A stretch of 64,000 bases of DNA from Candidatus Bathyarchaeia archaeon (GCA_049515895.1 JBEKTQ010000002.1:32001-96000), one strand, 5' to 3'. Shown: positions 47,460-58,069, counted from the stretch's first letter. Program-made: numbers and translations. The notes: generated by a model not told the origin, from the sequence alone.

Positions 47460-49664
47460 CTAAGCAACGGGTGTTGCTGGTTTTTGTACTTGTCGGAACT
47501 GCTGATTGAAGCCCTTATACCATTTCTCCATATCAGGCGTTATTGACGGACCCATCTCTTTCATGGCATCCAGGAAATCCTTCATCGAAACCTCGCGTGA
47601 TTGAACATCTCGTCGCAATGCATGCATTGCAGCCTCCCTGCATAAAGATTCGATGTCGGCGCCAGAATAGTACTTCGTCAAAGTGGTTAACTGGTTCAAA
47701 TCAACATCCTTGCAAATTGGCATGTTCTTCGTGTACAACGTGAAGATTTGCAGACGGCTCTTTTCATCTGGTTCCGGCACATAGATTAAACGGTCAAACC
47801 TACCTGGGCGCAGAACTGCTGGGTCAACCATGTGAGGGCGATTCGTTGCAGCGATGATTACGATGTCTTGCAATGTTGTTATGCCATCCATTTCCGTCAG
47901 TAATTGGCTTATGACTCTCTCGAAAGCGCCGTTGTCAGACATGCCCATGTCACGTCTCGGCGTAAGAGAGTCTATTTCATCTAGGAATATGACGGACGGC
48001 GCCGCCATGCGGGCTTTGCGGAAGACTTCACGAATAGCTTTTTCTGATTCTCCGAGCCATTTGCTGAAAACTTCAGGTCCTTTTATGGATATGAAGTTGG
48101 CTTCGCTCTCGGTCGCGACCGCCCGTGCAAGCAACGTTTTGCCGCAGCCAGGTGGACCATAAAGCAGGATGCCCTTTGGCGCTCTAATCCCAAGCCGAGT
48201 GAACATTTCAGGATTCTTGATCGGCCACTCGACAGATTCCTTAAGATGCTCTTTAACACTATCTAAACCGCCTATGTCGCTCCAATGCACAGTTGCAACT
48301 TCAATATAGACTTCGCGCATTGCAGTGGGCGTAACTTCTTTGTACGCGCCCAAAAAATCCTCCATTGTAACCTCCATCTTCTCCAGAACGGCGGGTGGAA
48401 TGCGTTCTTCTTCAAGGTTGATCTGCGGCAGATATCTGCGGAGCGCTTTCATGGCTGTTTCTCTGCTTAACGCCGATAAGTCAGCACCTGTGTAACCATG
48501 CGTCATATCTGCAAGTTTCTTAAGGTCAACATCTTCAACGGACTTTTCACCTTCAGATTTTTCAACGCCGTGAAGTGGCATGCCTCTTGTGTGAATTTGC
48601 AACACCTCGTGCCTTCCTCGCTTGTCGGGTACGCTAATCTCTATTTCCCTGTCAAACCTTCCCGGTCTACGCAGAGCTGGGTCAAGTGCACCTGGACGGT
48701 TAGTTGCGCCGATAACTATGACGTTTCCTCTTCCGCTCAATCCATCCATCAATGCAAGAAGTTGCGCGACGACGCGTCTTTCAACTTCGCCGGTGACTTC
48801 CTCTCTTTTAGGCGCAATGGCGTCGAGTTCATCGACGAATATTATGCTCGGAGCATTCTGCTGGGCTTGCTGGAAAATCTCCCGCAGGCGCGCTTCCGAT
48901 TCGCCGTAGAATTTACTCATGATTTCTGGACCGTTAATCGAGTAGAAGTTTGCTTCCGACTCGTTCGCGACCGCCCGTGCAAGCAACGTTTTGCCGCAGC
49001 CTGGAGGACCATGAAGCAGAACTCCCTTTGGAGGCTCTATTCCCAATCGCTGGAAAAGTTCGGGGTGCCTTAGCGGCAACTCAACCATTTCGCGGACTCG
49101 TTGGATTTCCTCATGTAAGCCGCCGATGTCCTCATAGGTGGTTCTCGGTAAGCCCTTGCCTTCAGGCGCTGGCTCGTTTAGTATGGTTAGGTGTGTTTCT
49201 GTTGTGACTTTTATTATGCCATGTGGACGGGTTTTTGACACGGTGAATGGTATGGCGTGCCCCAGCATCATCACCAAGGTGGTGTCGCCTTCTACAAGTG
49301 TTCTTTCCATGAGGCGGTTTCTCACGAAGTTTGTGAAGTCTTCATCGACGTTAAGGCGCATGTCAACTGGAGCAAGAGTCAAGCTCAAAGCTGTTTTGAC
49401 TTTTGCCGGTCGTACAACAACGTACTCGTTTATAGCTACGCCGCTGTTCTTGCGTGTGAAACCGTCGATTCGGATGATATCTCGGTTCTGGTCTTCACTG
49501 TAAGCAGGCCAAGCGATAGCGGAGGTTGTGCGTTTGTTTATTATTTCTATTACGTCGCCAGCGCTAATGCCTAGTTTCTGCATGGTTCGCTGGTCTATGC
49601 GGGCGATTCCTCTGCCTACATCTCTCTGTCGTGCGTCTCCAACGCGTAATTGAACTTCGCTCAA
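47460..49664 (-). CDS. cdc48: CDC48/VCP family AAA ATPase
   Basis: N-domain (DVGRGIARID); two GPPGCGKT motifs; RPGRFDR; GGAGG SD before TTG 49664. Confidence 0.96.
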   Translation of the reverse strand: MSEVQLRVGDARQRDVGRGIARIDQRTMQKLGISAGDVIEIINKRTTSAIAWPAYSEDQNRDIIRIDGFTRKNSGVAINEYVVVRPAKVKTALSLTLAPVDMRLNVDEDFTNFVRNRLMERTLVEGDTTLVMMLGHAIPFTVSKTRPHGIIKVTTETHLTILNEPAPEGKGLPRTTYEDIGGLHEEIQRVREMVELPLRHPELFQRLGIEPPKGVLLHGPPGCGKTLLARAVANESEANFYSINGPEIMSKFYGESEARLREIFQQAQQNAPSIIFVDELDAIAPKREEVTGEVERRVVAQLLALMDGLSGRGNVIVIGATNRPGALDPALRRPGRFDREIEISVPDKRGRHEVLQIHTRGMPLHGVEKSEGEKSVEDVDLKKLADMTHGYTGADLSALSRETAMKALRRYLPQINLEEERIPPAVLEKMEVTMEDFLGAYKEVTPTAMREVYIEVATVHWSDIGGLDSVKEHLKESVEWPIKNPEMFTRLGIRAPKGILLYGPPGCGKTLLARAVATESEANFISIKGPEVFSKWLGESEKAIREVFRKARMAAPSVIFLDEIDSLTPRRDMGMSDNGAFERVISQLLTEMDGITTLQDIVIIAATNRPHMVDPAVLRPGRFDRLIYVPEPDEKSRLQIFTLYTKNMPICKDVDLNQLTTLTKYYSGADIESLCREAAMHALRRDVQSREVSMKDFLDAMKEMGPSITPDMEKWYKGFNQQFRQVQKPATPVA

Positions 49665-49814
49665 ACAAAATCCTCCAAATGATCGGTGGTCAAAGATATT
49701 AGTGGAAAAGAACATCAAACCTATATAAACTTTCAAGCTTAACCTTTAAGACATTCAGGTGCATATTAGACATGGATGCTGTTAGTTTTTTTCCTAAACT
49801 AAGCATTAAGTGGG

Positions 49815-50090
49815 TCATCGGCTGCTTCGGCGCACAAACATGGTTTGCGCTTGGCTTATCCCCGGCAGCTTCCCGAGTTTTTCCTCAAACTCGTCAACGA
49901 CGCCTGTCTTATCCTCTGGAAACTTCAGTTGAACAAGGAGAGCTACTAGCCCGAAAGCAATGGGTTCCTCGCCCCACCCTTCAATGGAAGCGAACTCGGG
50001 CTTAATGCCTTCAATATCCTTTTTCAGGCTGTCAAAGTTTTGTGCTATATCTTCTGGGAACACCTTGTATGTTACAATGACGCTACCCAT
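49815..50090 (-). CDS. ef1b: Elongation factor 1-beta
   Basis: EEPIAFGLVAL. Confidence 0.92.
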   Translation of the reverse strand: MGSVIVTYKVFPEDIAQNFDSLKKDIEGIKPEFASIEGWGEEPIAFGLVALLVQLKFPEDKTGVVDEFEEKLGKLPGISQAQTMFVRRSSR

Positions 50091-50103
50091 TCCTAATCGC
50101 CTT

Positions 50104-50292
50104 TTATGGTCCTGTGAAACCGCATTTTGGGCACTTGTAGAGTCGTCCGAACTTGCGGCATTTCCCGTCGCGTTTGATTTGGATTTCTCCGCAGCTTGGG
50201 CAGAGAAATTTTGTTGATTCGCTGCCGGGCGGGATAGGTTTTCCGCAGCTTGTGCAGGTAACCAGGGACAGTGCGGTTTGTCTTTCTGTCAT
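50104..50292 (-). CDS. DUF1610 / HVO_2753-like zinc finger protein
   Basis: CTSCG...F.CPSCGE...CRK....YKCPKCGFTGP; conserved position upstream of EF-1beta. Confidence 0.9.
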   Translation of the reverse strand: MTERQTALSLVTCTSCGKPIPPGSESTKFLCPSCGEIQIKRDGKCRKFGRLYKCPKCGFTGP

Positions 50293-50492
50293 AATTGTCA
50301 TCTCGTGGGGTTTTAAATTGTAGGGGTTCCTTATATCTGCTATGCTCAACGAATCGGAATAATCCGTTGATTTCCCATTTGGAATTTTGCAGCTTAAAAC
50401 AACAGGTTCATCTAAAGTCTTGGATTATTATTCAGACTTAATTCGCAAGTTTATTAAGAAAGTTTTTTCCTATTTTATTTTCGTGATGAATT

Positions 50493-51527
50493 TTGGGCGT
50501 AGACTTCAAAGATCTTGTTCCAAAAACCCCGGTTAAACTCGAAGACTTAAGCGGCAAAATAATCGCCATAGACGCTTACAACGCCATCTACCAGTTTCTC
50601 TCCATCATCCGCCAACCTGACGGCACCCCGCTGAAAGACAGCTCGGGAAGAGTCACCAGCCACCTAAGCGGCCTGTTTTACCGTACAAGCAACCTTGTGG
50701 AAATGGGGCTGAAGCCGATCTATGTTTTCGATGGGATTCCGCCCACTTTGAAGGCGACTGAGATTGAGCGGCGCAAGCAGGTAAAAGTTCAAGCGGTTGC
50801 AAGTTACGAAAAAGCCGCGGCGAAGGGCGACACAGTGAAGATGCGTATGTTTGCTCAGGCGGCGACAAGCATGAAAGACTACATGCAAGAGGACAGTTGC
50901 AAGCTTCTAGAGCTGATGGGTCTACCATGGATTCAGGCGCCAAGCGAAGGGGAAGCCCAAGCAGCCCACATGACCAAAAAAGGCGACGCGGATTACTGTG
51001 CAAGCCAAGACTATGACAGCTTGCTTTTCGGAGCGCCAAAAATGTTGCGAAACATCACGATTTCTGGCAGACGCAAAATTCCAAGCAAAAACGTCTACGT
51101 TGACGTAGTCCCAGAGGTGATGGAGCTGTCTAAAACGCTAAACGAAACTGGGTTAACCTATGAGCAGCTCATCGACGTCGGCATTCTCATCGGCACAGAC
51201 TTCAACCCAGATGGTATAAAAGGGCTCGGACCAAAAACCGCCTTGAAACTGATCAAGCAGTATGGGTCATTGGAGAACGCGCTTCCCCACATAAAAAACC
51301 CGTCTTTCCCCGTTGAGCCAAACTGCATACGCCGAGTCTTCCTGCATCCTGAAGTCACCGACAACTACAAGCTCCAATGGTGCGAACCGAACGTTGAAGG
51401 CGTTGTTGACTTAATGGTTAGGCAAAAAGAATTCTCAGAAGACCGCGTCAGAAAATCCCTTGACAAAATGCTTGCAGGCAGCAAGAAGCAGAAGGCAAAA
51501 ATGACACTGGAAAAATGGTTCGGCTAA
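50493..51527 (+). CDS. fen: Flap endonuclease 1
   Basis: DAYNAIYQFL; EGEAQA; SQDYD; GTDFN; PIP-like TLEKWF. Confidence 0.96.
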   Translation: MGVDFKDLVPKTPVKLEDLSGKIIAIDAYNAIYQFLSIIRQPDGTPLKDSSGRVTSHLSGLFYRTSNLVEMGLKPIYVFDGIPPTLKATEIERRKQVKVQAVASYEKAAAKGDTVKMRMFAQAATSMKDYMQEDSCKLLELMGLPWIQAPSEGEAQAAHMTKKGDADYCASQDYDSLLFGAPKMLRNITISGRRKIPSKNVYVDVVPEVMELSKTLNETGLTYEQLIDVGILIGTDFNPDGIKGLGPKTALKLIKQYGSLENALPHIKNPSFPVEPNCIRRVFLHPEVTDNYKLQWCEPNVEGVVDLMVRQKEFSEDRVRKSLDKMLAGSKKQKAKMTLEKWFG

Positions 51528-51740
51528 CTCGTTGGGTCTGGTTAAGAATCTGATTGTATTTGGCTCTTCTATATAAGTCCAGCATCACTGGAAATTTAAT
51601 ATTACGACGTAAGAGCGCCCCTACAGTCTTTAAACCACTTCCATTCTCCCTCTTTTAGTGACCCTCAAAAGTCTTCATGGGGATTTTTGATCCAAGCGCA
51701 GGAATCAATTTTTAAGGTTACCGCTTGGACTGTGGAAGCA

Positions 51741-51800
51741 GAAGAAGAAGAAGAAGAAGAAGAAGAAGAGCGCTACCACCAAGTGTCTTCTTCTTCTTTT
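51741..51800. repeat. (GAA)9 microsatellite followed by a complementary TTC tract
   Basis: GAA x9 at 51741-51767; TCTTCTTCTTCTTTT at 51786-51800. Confidence 0.85.
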
Positions 51801-51964
51801 AAGGACAAATAGCCGCTGACATTTCCTTGTTTCTATTTGGATCATCTGCCAAATTGCTGGGGCTTCTACCAGAGAAGTAACGACCATAAATGCCCTAACC
51901 CTCATGGCAGAGACCAAAACAAAAAGCATTCTACAGAAAGATCAAAGGAAAAATAAGGGAAAGG

Positions 51965-53794
51965 TTACTTGACAGTAACGCACTTCGCCAGGTTTCTTGG
52001 CATATCAGGGTTGAATCCTTTTTCAAGTGCAACATAATACGCTAAAAGCTGCAGGGGCAACGCAAAAGGAATCGGCGACAAAACACCCGGAATACCCTTT
52101 GGAACCTCAATGTAATCATCAGCCAACACTTTGATATCCTCGTCTCCTTCCTCAACAACCGCAATTATGTGGGCGCCTCTGGCTTTCATTTCCATAATGT
52201 TGCCAATCAGCGTCTTGTGACAATCGTCCCTGGGGCAAACGAAAACCACTGGGAACCCATTCTCGATGAGGCTGATTGGGCCGTGTTTACTTTCGCCTGC
52301 AGGAAACGCCATCGAAGGAATATACGCGATTTCCATCAGCTTGAGTCTGCCTTCATATGCAGTGGCGGTGCTGATTCCTCTACCCAAGAAAAAGAACACT
52401 TTAGAATCTTTGTATTTCTTGGCGATTTGCTTAACTTTTTCCTCTTGGGTATTAACTATCGTATTGGCAATTTCAGGCAATTTAGCCAAGTTTTCTTCAA
52501 GACTGTCCATTTCGTCCTGAGAAACTTTGCCTCTCTTCTTTGCTAGCCTAAGCGCAAGCTGCGCCAACACTGAAAGCTGGGAAGTAAAAGTTTTCGTAGC
52601 TGCAACGCCGATCTCGGGACCGGCTTGCGTGCCGATGTAAACGCGGGAAATCCGTGTTAAAGAAGAGCCGATCACATTTGTTAAGCTTAAGATTGTGGCT
52701 GCGCGTTGCTGGGCACAGGTAACTGCAGCTATGGTGTCAGCTGTCTCGCCTGATTGGCTAACCGCTAAAATGGTGCTGTCGATGCTTACTGATTTGCCAT
52801 GTTGCTCTATAAATTCTGAAGCATAAACAGGGTGAGTCGGCAAGAAGGCCAGCTTAGAGAACATGTATGACGCCGCTAAACATGCATGGTAGCTTGTTCC
52901 GCATGCGACAAGGAATACTTCGTTCGCACGGTCCAGAAAAGTGGTTAGTAAATCCAAGTAATGCTCCTGCATTCTTAGCGTGTTGCGAAGAGTGTCAGGC
53001 TGTTCATGAATCTCTTTGATCATAAAGTGTGGGTAGCCTTGTTTGATAGCCATTTCCGCTGACCACTCGATAGTTTCTGGTTCCCGACTTACAGGGCTGG
53101 AATCCTGGATCTTCTTAATCTCATAACCTTGCGCTGACAGAATAACCATTTCACCGTTATTTACCATGACTGCCTTGTTGGTAACTGGCAGAAAAGCGGG
53201 AATATCAGAAGCACAAAAAACGCCCTTCCCGTTGATGCCTAAAACCAAAGGGCTCTCGTTTCTTGCGCAGATAATCTTGTCAGGCTCTTTTGTTGAGATT
53301 ACGGCAAGAGCATATGATCCTTCAAGACGCTTGATGCTTTCTTGCACCGCGTCGGCAAAAGAAAGTTTTGGGTTCTGTTTGAGGGTTTGCTCAATCAGGT
53401 GTGAGATTACTTCTGTGTCTGTTTTGGAAACAAAGGTGTGGTCAAGATTTTCTAGTTCTGTTCTAAGGTCCATGAAATTCTCAATGATTCCGTTATGAAC
53501 GACCATTATTTCGCCTGTGCAGTCAGAGTGAGGGTGAGAGTTGATTTTTAGGGGTGCGCCATGTGTTGCCCATCGAGTGTGACCGATCCCAATGTTTCCT
53601 GGTAAATCGTCAAGGTTTAGGATTTTATGAACCTCGTCGATTTTTCCTTGGTCCTTTTTTAGGTAAATCTTGTTGTCCGAAATTGTCGCTATGCCAACTG
53701 AATCATAGCCTCGATATTCAAGCCGTTTAAGTGATGAATGTATGAGAGGAGCGGCGTTTCCTTCTTTTAATACGCAACCAAATATTCCACACAT
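51965..53794 (-). CDS. glmS: Glutamine-fructose-6-phosphate aminotransferase
   Basis: MCGIFG; GHTRWATHG; SQSGETAD; PRNLAK.V. Confidence 0.97.
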   Translation of the reverse strand: MCGIFGCVLKEGNAAPLIHSSLKRLEYRGYDSVGIATISDNKIYLKKDQGKIDEVHKILNLDDLPGNIGIGHTRWATHGAPLKINSHPHSDCTGEIMVVHNGIIENFMDLRTELENLDHTFVSKTDTEVISHLIEQTLKQNPKLSFADAVQESIKRLEGSYALAVISTKEPDKIICARNESPLVLGINGKGVFCASDIPAFLPVTNKAVMVNNGEMVILSAQGYEIKKIQDSSPVSREPETIEWSAEMAIKQGYPHFMIKEIHEQPDTLRNTLRMQEHYLDLLTTFLDRANEVFLVACGTSYHACLAASYMFSKLAFLPTHPVYASEFIEQHGKSVSIDSTILAVSQSGETADTIAAVTCAQQRAATILSLTNVIGSSLTRISRVYIGTQAGPEIGVAATKTFTSQLSVLAQLALRLAKKRGKVSQDEMDSLEENLAKLPEIANTIVNTQEEKVKQIAKKYKDSKVFFFLGRGISTATAYEGRLKLMEIAYIPSMAFPAGESKHGPISLIENGFPVVFVCPRDDCHKTLIGNIMEMKARGAHIIAVVEEGDEDIKVLADDYIEVPKGIPGVLSPIPFALPLQLLAYYVALEKGFNPDMPRNLAKCVTVK

Positions 53795-53965
53795 ATCCTA
53801 AGCCTCGCTTTGAAGACAATACATGACGTTATGGTCGGAAGTTTCGCTAATAAGCATTTTTAGCATTTCAGTTTGACTGCTAAAAAAAACTTTGTAGCAG
53901 TTTTTCCTACTTCTTCATACGAACGGTCACTTACAGGTCAGAGCGCAGTCTGATTCTCCTGCACC

Positions 53966-53988
53966 ACTATAAATAAATTTTTTATAGT
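53966..53988. promoter_or_regulatory. Inverted repeat over the promoter of the HTH gene
   Basis: ACTATAAA-N7-TTTATAGT, about 30 nt before ATG 54018. Confidence 0.45.
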
Positions 53989-54017
53989 ACTAGTTTCTTA
54001 TTCATCAGGACAAACCT

Positions 54018-54980
54018 ATGGACAAAAAACTTCTACTCCAAGATAACGGCAATATGCAAGAAATAAAAGAAATCAGCATGATAAACGATTCGCAAAAACT
54101 AAAAATGGTGCTGGGCAGCCTAAGCTGGAAAATCCTAACCATGCTTTCAAAAAAAGAGATGTACCCCTTAGAAATCGCAAAGCAGCTGGGAATGCACGAA
54201 CAAAAAATCTACTACCATATAAGAAAACTTGCCAAAGCAGGCGCAATAACAGTTGAGCGGGAAGAAAAAAAGAAAGGGGCAACCGCAAAATACTATAAAA
54301 CTGTCTCACCGGCCTTCGGAATCGAGTTCCCTTATGGGTACAAACCAATCCGGAACATGTGCACCTTAAGCTTGGACAAGCAGCTTCAAGATTTCTTCAA
54401 AGAATTCATCAGCAACGGCGTTTTCGACGGTAAAATAGTCGTAGGTAGCCCTCAGCCGCACGGTCCCTTCAAAACCAGCGCCAGAGACGGACACTACGCG
54501 GCACATTTGGCTCTTTTTTTGGGGCAATTCGCGAAAATGCCAAGTGAATTTGCGGTTAAGCTGGACGTTGACGTTAAAGTGGAGAAAGAAGAAAAAAACA
54601 ACCTGATCCTTGTCGGCGGCCCAGGCACAAACCTTCTCACGCAGGAAGTAAACGAGTACTTGCCTATCAAATTCATAATGCAATCATCCGAACAGGGATT
54701 TCTGCTGGGAGGTTTATCTTCGGAAAAAACTTTTCAGGTTTACACTTCTGATGTTTCAGGTTTAGTTGCCAAGATCGTTAATCCATGGGACAATACCAAA
54801 CGTATCGTCATCTTGGCAGGTAACAAAGCGGTCGGGACAAAAGCTTGCGTTTTGGCTTTGACTAATTTCTGGAAGAAAACCCTGCAGAAATACAAGGGAC
54901 AGGACACCTTTGCGGTGGTGATCCAGGGTTTCGATCTGGACGGAGACGGCAAGGTGGATTCCATCGAGGTCAATGAATAA
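54018..54980 (+). CDS. ArsR-like HTH regulator fused to an S-layer-C-like (NLILVGGP) domain
   Basis: YPLEIAKQLGMHEQKIYYHIRKL; NLILVGGPGTN; ILAG. Confidence 0.75.
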   Translation: MDKKLLLQDNGNMQEIKEISMINDSQKLKMVLGSLSWKILTMLSKKEMYPLEIAKQLGMHEQKIYYHIRKLAKAGAITVEREEKKKGATAKYYKTVSPAFGIEFPYGYKPIRNMCTLSLDKQLQDFFKEFISNGVFDGKIVVGSPQPHGPFKTSARDGHYAAHLALFLGQFAKMPSEFAVKLDVDVKVEKEEKNNLILVGGPGTNLLTQEVNEYLPIKFIMQSSEQGFLLGGLSSEKTFQVYTSDVSGLVAKIVNPWDNTKRIVILAGNKAVGTKACVLALTNFWKKTLQKYKGQDTFAVVIQGFDLDGDGKVDSIEVNE

Positions 54981-55415
54981 TTGGTTTCTAAAGAAACAAA
55001 AGAAACAGTCCTGGCTTTTGGGCATGGGAACATTCAAGCTGTTCACCCTTCAACTTTGATGTTTACAAAAGAGAACCATCTTTCAAGAACAGGCGACTGC
55101 ATTATCGCTGTGGCGGCGAATAAAGCCGTGGCGGACTTAAACTGTGAATTCAAGGAAAACCTAAAAAAACCAAACGCCAAACTATCTGTAATAATTGAAG
55201 TTGAAAGTTTAACTCAGCAGGTAAACGCCTTTGGTTCGCCAAAACTGCTTCTAACCGACCCGACTGACATGGTGATTAGAAAAAGCGAGTATATCTCAGG
55301 CAGGACGTTGGCAGTCCACGCTGACAAATCATCCAATGACTTGCCAAGAGAATTCGTTGAAAAACTGAAAAATCCTCAACAGAAAATAAAGATAACCTTC
55401 ATCGTTAAAACCTAA
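54981..55415 (+). CDS. DUF371 family protein
   Basis: GH.NI.A.H..T...TKE..L...GDCII; VIRKS. Confidence 0.85.
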   Translation: MVSKETKETVLAFGHGNIQAVHPSTLMFTKENHLSRTGDCIIAVAANKAVADLNCEFKENLKKPNAKLSVIIEVESLTQQVNAFGSPKLLLTDPTDMVIRKSEYISGRTLAVHADKSSNDLPREFVEKLKNPQQKIKITFIVKT

Positions 55416-56482
55416 GAGATTTTAGCGTCCAAAACGAACTGGGCCTCGTAGGGCGCAGTTTCACGAACGCTTTTGACACAAAGAAAATTCTCTACCCTTC
55501 GTCCTGCTTTCTCAACGGCATCGCAAAAACGAAGTTTTAGGTTTCCAGCGGAATCGGGCAAACGGACAAAACCGTAAAAATGTATTACCCCACCGTGAAG
55601 CTTAATTGCTTGGCAAGCGGCATCGACGAACTCGATGGCTGTTTCAGGCAGATTCATTATAATACGATCAGCTGAGCCCTTAAGTTTATCAGCAGTGATT
55701 TGTCTTGCGTCCCCCAGAATAGGAAAAACCCTGTTTTCAACCCTGTTAGCCCTCACGTTAGCCTTAAGCAGCTCAACGGCTTCTGGATTAATGTCAACAG
55801 CAAAAACCCGAACTCCCGGGTTATTTTTTCCAATTAACACTGAGAAGGGTCCGACCCCAGCAAACAAGTCCACCACAGTCTCGCCTTCGCGCACGAGCGT
55901 AGCTACCCGCATGTGCTCGTGTGAAAGCCTAGGTGAAAAATACGCCTTTGCCAAGTCAACATGATATCGGCATCCAAATTCCTTGTGGACTGTTTGGGTT
56001 TTATTTTCTCCGCCGATAAAAGTGAGTTCGCGCAGCCGAAATGTCCCGCTTATTGATCCTGCCTTCGCAAGCACTGTCTTGATGTTTTTGTGTGCTCTGA
56101 GGATTGCTTCCCCAATTATCCCCTCAAAAGGTTTGAGTTCTAGTGGGATTTCAATGATAGCTATGTCGCCCACTATGTCGAACGCTTGAGGCAGGCTAGT
56201 TAGCAGGTGAGGCGAAAGCCTCGTTTCAAGCGCTTGAATGAAGGTTGTTGCCGTCGGCTGCTTTTGGGTGAAAACTCCAGTCTCAAATTGATATTCGGGC
56301 ACTTGGCTCTTCAAAGTTGCTGACTCGTTTTCTTCAAGCTGGCGAACTATAGGGATGCATAAGTTTCTTTCATCCTTTTGGATCTCCAATGACTTGTCCA
56401 ACACCCCGAGTTTGCTGACTAACGCAATTGTGTTTTCTCCCTGAGCTTTCGGAACTTTTATGCAAGCCGCTATTCTCTGCAT
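55412..56482 (-). CDS. trm5: Trm5/TYW2 family tRNA methyltransferase
   Basis: DIVGDIAI; YFSPRL; DLFAGVGPF; MNLP. Confidence 0.85.
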   Translation of the reverse strand: MQRIAACIKVPKAQGENTIALVSKLGVLDKSLEIQKDERNLCIPIVRQLEENESATLKSQVPEYQFETGVFTQKQPTATTFIQALETRLSPHLLTSLPQAFDIVGDIAIIEIPLELKPFEGIIGEAILRAHKNIKTVLAKAGSISGTFRLRELTFIGGENKTQTVHKEFGCRYHVDLAKAYFSPRLSHEHMRVATLVREGETVVDLFAGVGPFSVLIGKNNPGVRVFAVDINPEAVELLKANVRANRVENRVFPILGDARQITADKLKGSADRIIMNLPETAIEFVDAACQAIKLHGGVIHFYGFVRLPDSAGNLKLRFCDAVEKAGRRVENFLCVKSVRETAPYEAQFVLDAKIS

Positions 56483-56486
56483 GGTA

Positions 56487-57524
56487 TCAGCTACTTTTTT
56501 CTATCCTGTAGAGGTTGTTTGCCTTTTGAATCGTGAATTTGACGTTTAACATTCTTTCCATCAACCAAATGTTAGAGTCGATATGCTCAGTGACTGTTCT
56601 GGCAAAGAAGGCTGATTTACCCCGTGCCAACGCCATGTAGGGAATTAACATGTCAGCCAAGAAAACGTCGACAGTTGGCTTCGCAGACAACTCTTCGACG
56701 AGTTTTTCCGCGGCTTCCTTTCCCACCGCTTCTGCCGTCTTGCGTAGTTGGCCGATGGCGTCAGCACCAATGATAAGGCCATTGTTGGTTTTGGCCCATA
56801 GAACGATTGAGCTGCCTTTCTGGAAGGGGTTCGACTCATCGTTTATGATTTGAATATCAGCGGTGTACCCGTTTAGCGAGAGGTAGTTTCTTGCAGCCTT
56901 CGCCTGCCGCTCTGCAACTTGTCTATCAGCCAAAAAAGTGCAGACAGAAACTCCGCTCACGCTTTTTAAATTGCCGAAATTCTCCAGAATAACGGGTTTC
57001 AGCGTTCGGTTGGGGCTGGAGGTCAAAGTGGCGTCACCCATTCCCTTGGGGTAGTAGCCGTATTTCTGGACAGTGATTTCAGCCTCAGCGCCCATTTGCT
57101 TCAGCATCGGCAAAAATACATTTCGCAGGTAGTTGATTGTCGGTGCGTGGATTGTGTCCGTTCCTCCCTTAGCAACGTGCAGGCGCACAGCATTGTCAGC
57201 AAACAAACAGATCGGCATCACCGCTAAAAGCAGCATCGGGATACTTCCAGCAGTTTCGATTATGGCTTCGACGTTGCCACCCCTTATTTGCTGAGGAGTG
57301 AACCAGAGCTCTCTTGAACCTAAATCCGCCCCCTGCACTTTAGCGTTACATAGTTTGGCCGCAGAAAGCACTGCTTCGAGATGCTGAGGCTTCAAGCCTG
57401 GTTGCGGTCGATTCTGTCTGATGTTATAAATGTGCAGCTGCTGGTTTGTGATTGCTGCCAATGCTACAGAAAGGCGAAGAATCGTGCCGCTGCCACTTTT
57501 TTGGCCTCCATCAATTTCAATCAT
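56487..57524 (-). CDS. rtcA: RNA 3'-terminal phosphate cyclase
   Basis: IEIDG; RQNRPQPGLKPQH; GGTD; GYYPKG; TEH. Confidence 0.92.
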   Translation of the reverse strand: MIEIDGGQKSGSGTILRLSVALAAITNQQLHIYNIRQNRPQPGLKPQHLEAVLSAAKLCNAKVQGADLGSRELWFTPQQIRGGNVEAIIETAGSIPMLLLAVMPICLFADNAVRLHVAKGGTDTIHAPTINYLRNVFLPMLKQMGAEAEITVQKYGYYPKGMGDATLTSSPNRTLKPVILENFGNLKSVSGVSVCTFLADRQVAERQAKAARNYLSLNGYTADIQIINDESNPFQKGSSIVLWAKTNNGLIIGADAIGQLRKTAEAVGKEAAEKLVEELSAKPTVDVFLADMLIPYMALARGKSAFFARTVTEHIDSNIWLMERMLNVKFTIQKANNLYRIEKSS

Positions 57525-57618
57525 CCTGTTTTCTTCCTGAATCCGACCTGTAGTTTGAGTTTGCAAACAATTAATAAGCGTCTTGGGATTATTTAGGAGT
57601 TTAAAGGAAGCGTTAGTG

Positions 57619-58029
57619 ATGAGCATTGAAAAGGAAAAGCTAATTGAACTGGCTAATAAAGTTGAAGAGCTTACCATTAAACTATCCAAAGTTTCCGAAG
57701 AGTTGAAATCTGTTTCCACATCGCTAAAGTCTCTGGTAACTGGTCAAATCAACCAGCCTATGCCGCCCGCTCAAGCTGTTCAAGCCCCAACCTCGCAAGC
57801 AACAGGGCAAAAGGTGCGAACGCTTGAGGAGATTCGAATGTCTTTTCCTGAGGAGTTGGAGAGCCTATTGGGTTTTGAGGAAAAAGGCGACTACATAATA
57901 ATTAAGCTGATGGGTTTCCTTGGGTCCGAAAAATTTGCAAAAATCGCGTCGGCCGTCCGGGGCATGGGAGGAGAATACATCAGCGCTGGGAAAGAATCGC
58001 ATTTCAGAGTGCCAAAGAAAAAAACCTAA
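57619..58029 (+). CDS. Hypothetical protein (coiled coil, linker and small alpha/beta domain)
   Basis: Clean ORF divergent from rtcA; C-terminal FAKIASAVRGMGGEYISAGKESHFRVP. Confidence 0.7.
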   Translation: MSIEKEKLIELANKVEELTIKLSKVSEELKSVSTSLKSLVTGQINQPMPPAQAVQAPTSQATGQKVRTLEEIRMSFPEELESLLGFEEKGDYIIIKLMGFLGSEKFAKIASAVRGMGGEYISAGKESHFRVPKKKT

Positions 58030-58069
58030 GTTCGCCTCATCTCGCGGCTCTTTTCAAATTTTTGCGCGA

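Noticed and set aside
51705-51929. 74-aa minus-strand ORF with poly-Phe
   Set aside because: A by-product of the GAA microsatellite; no other coding evidence.
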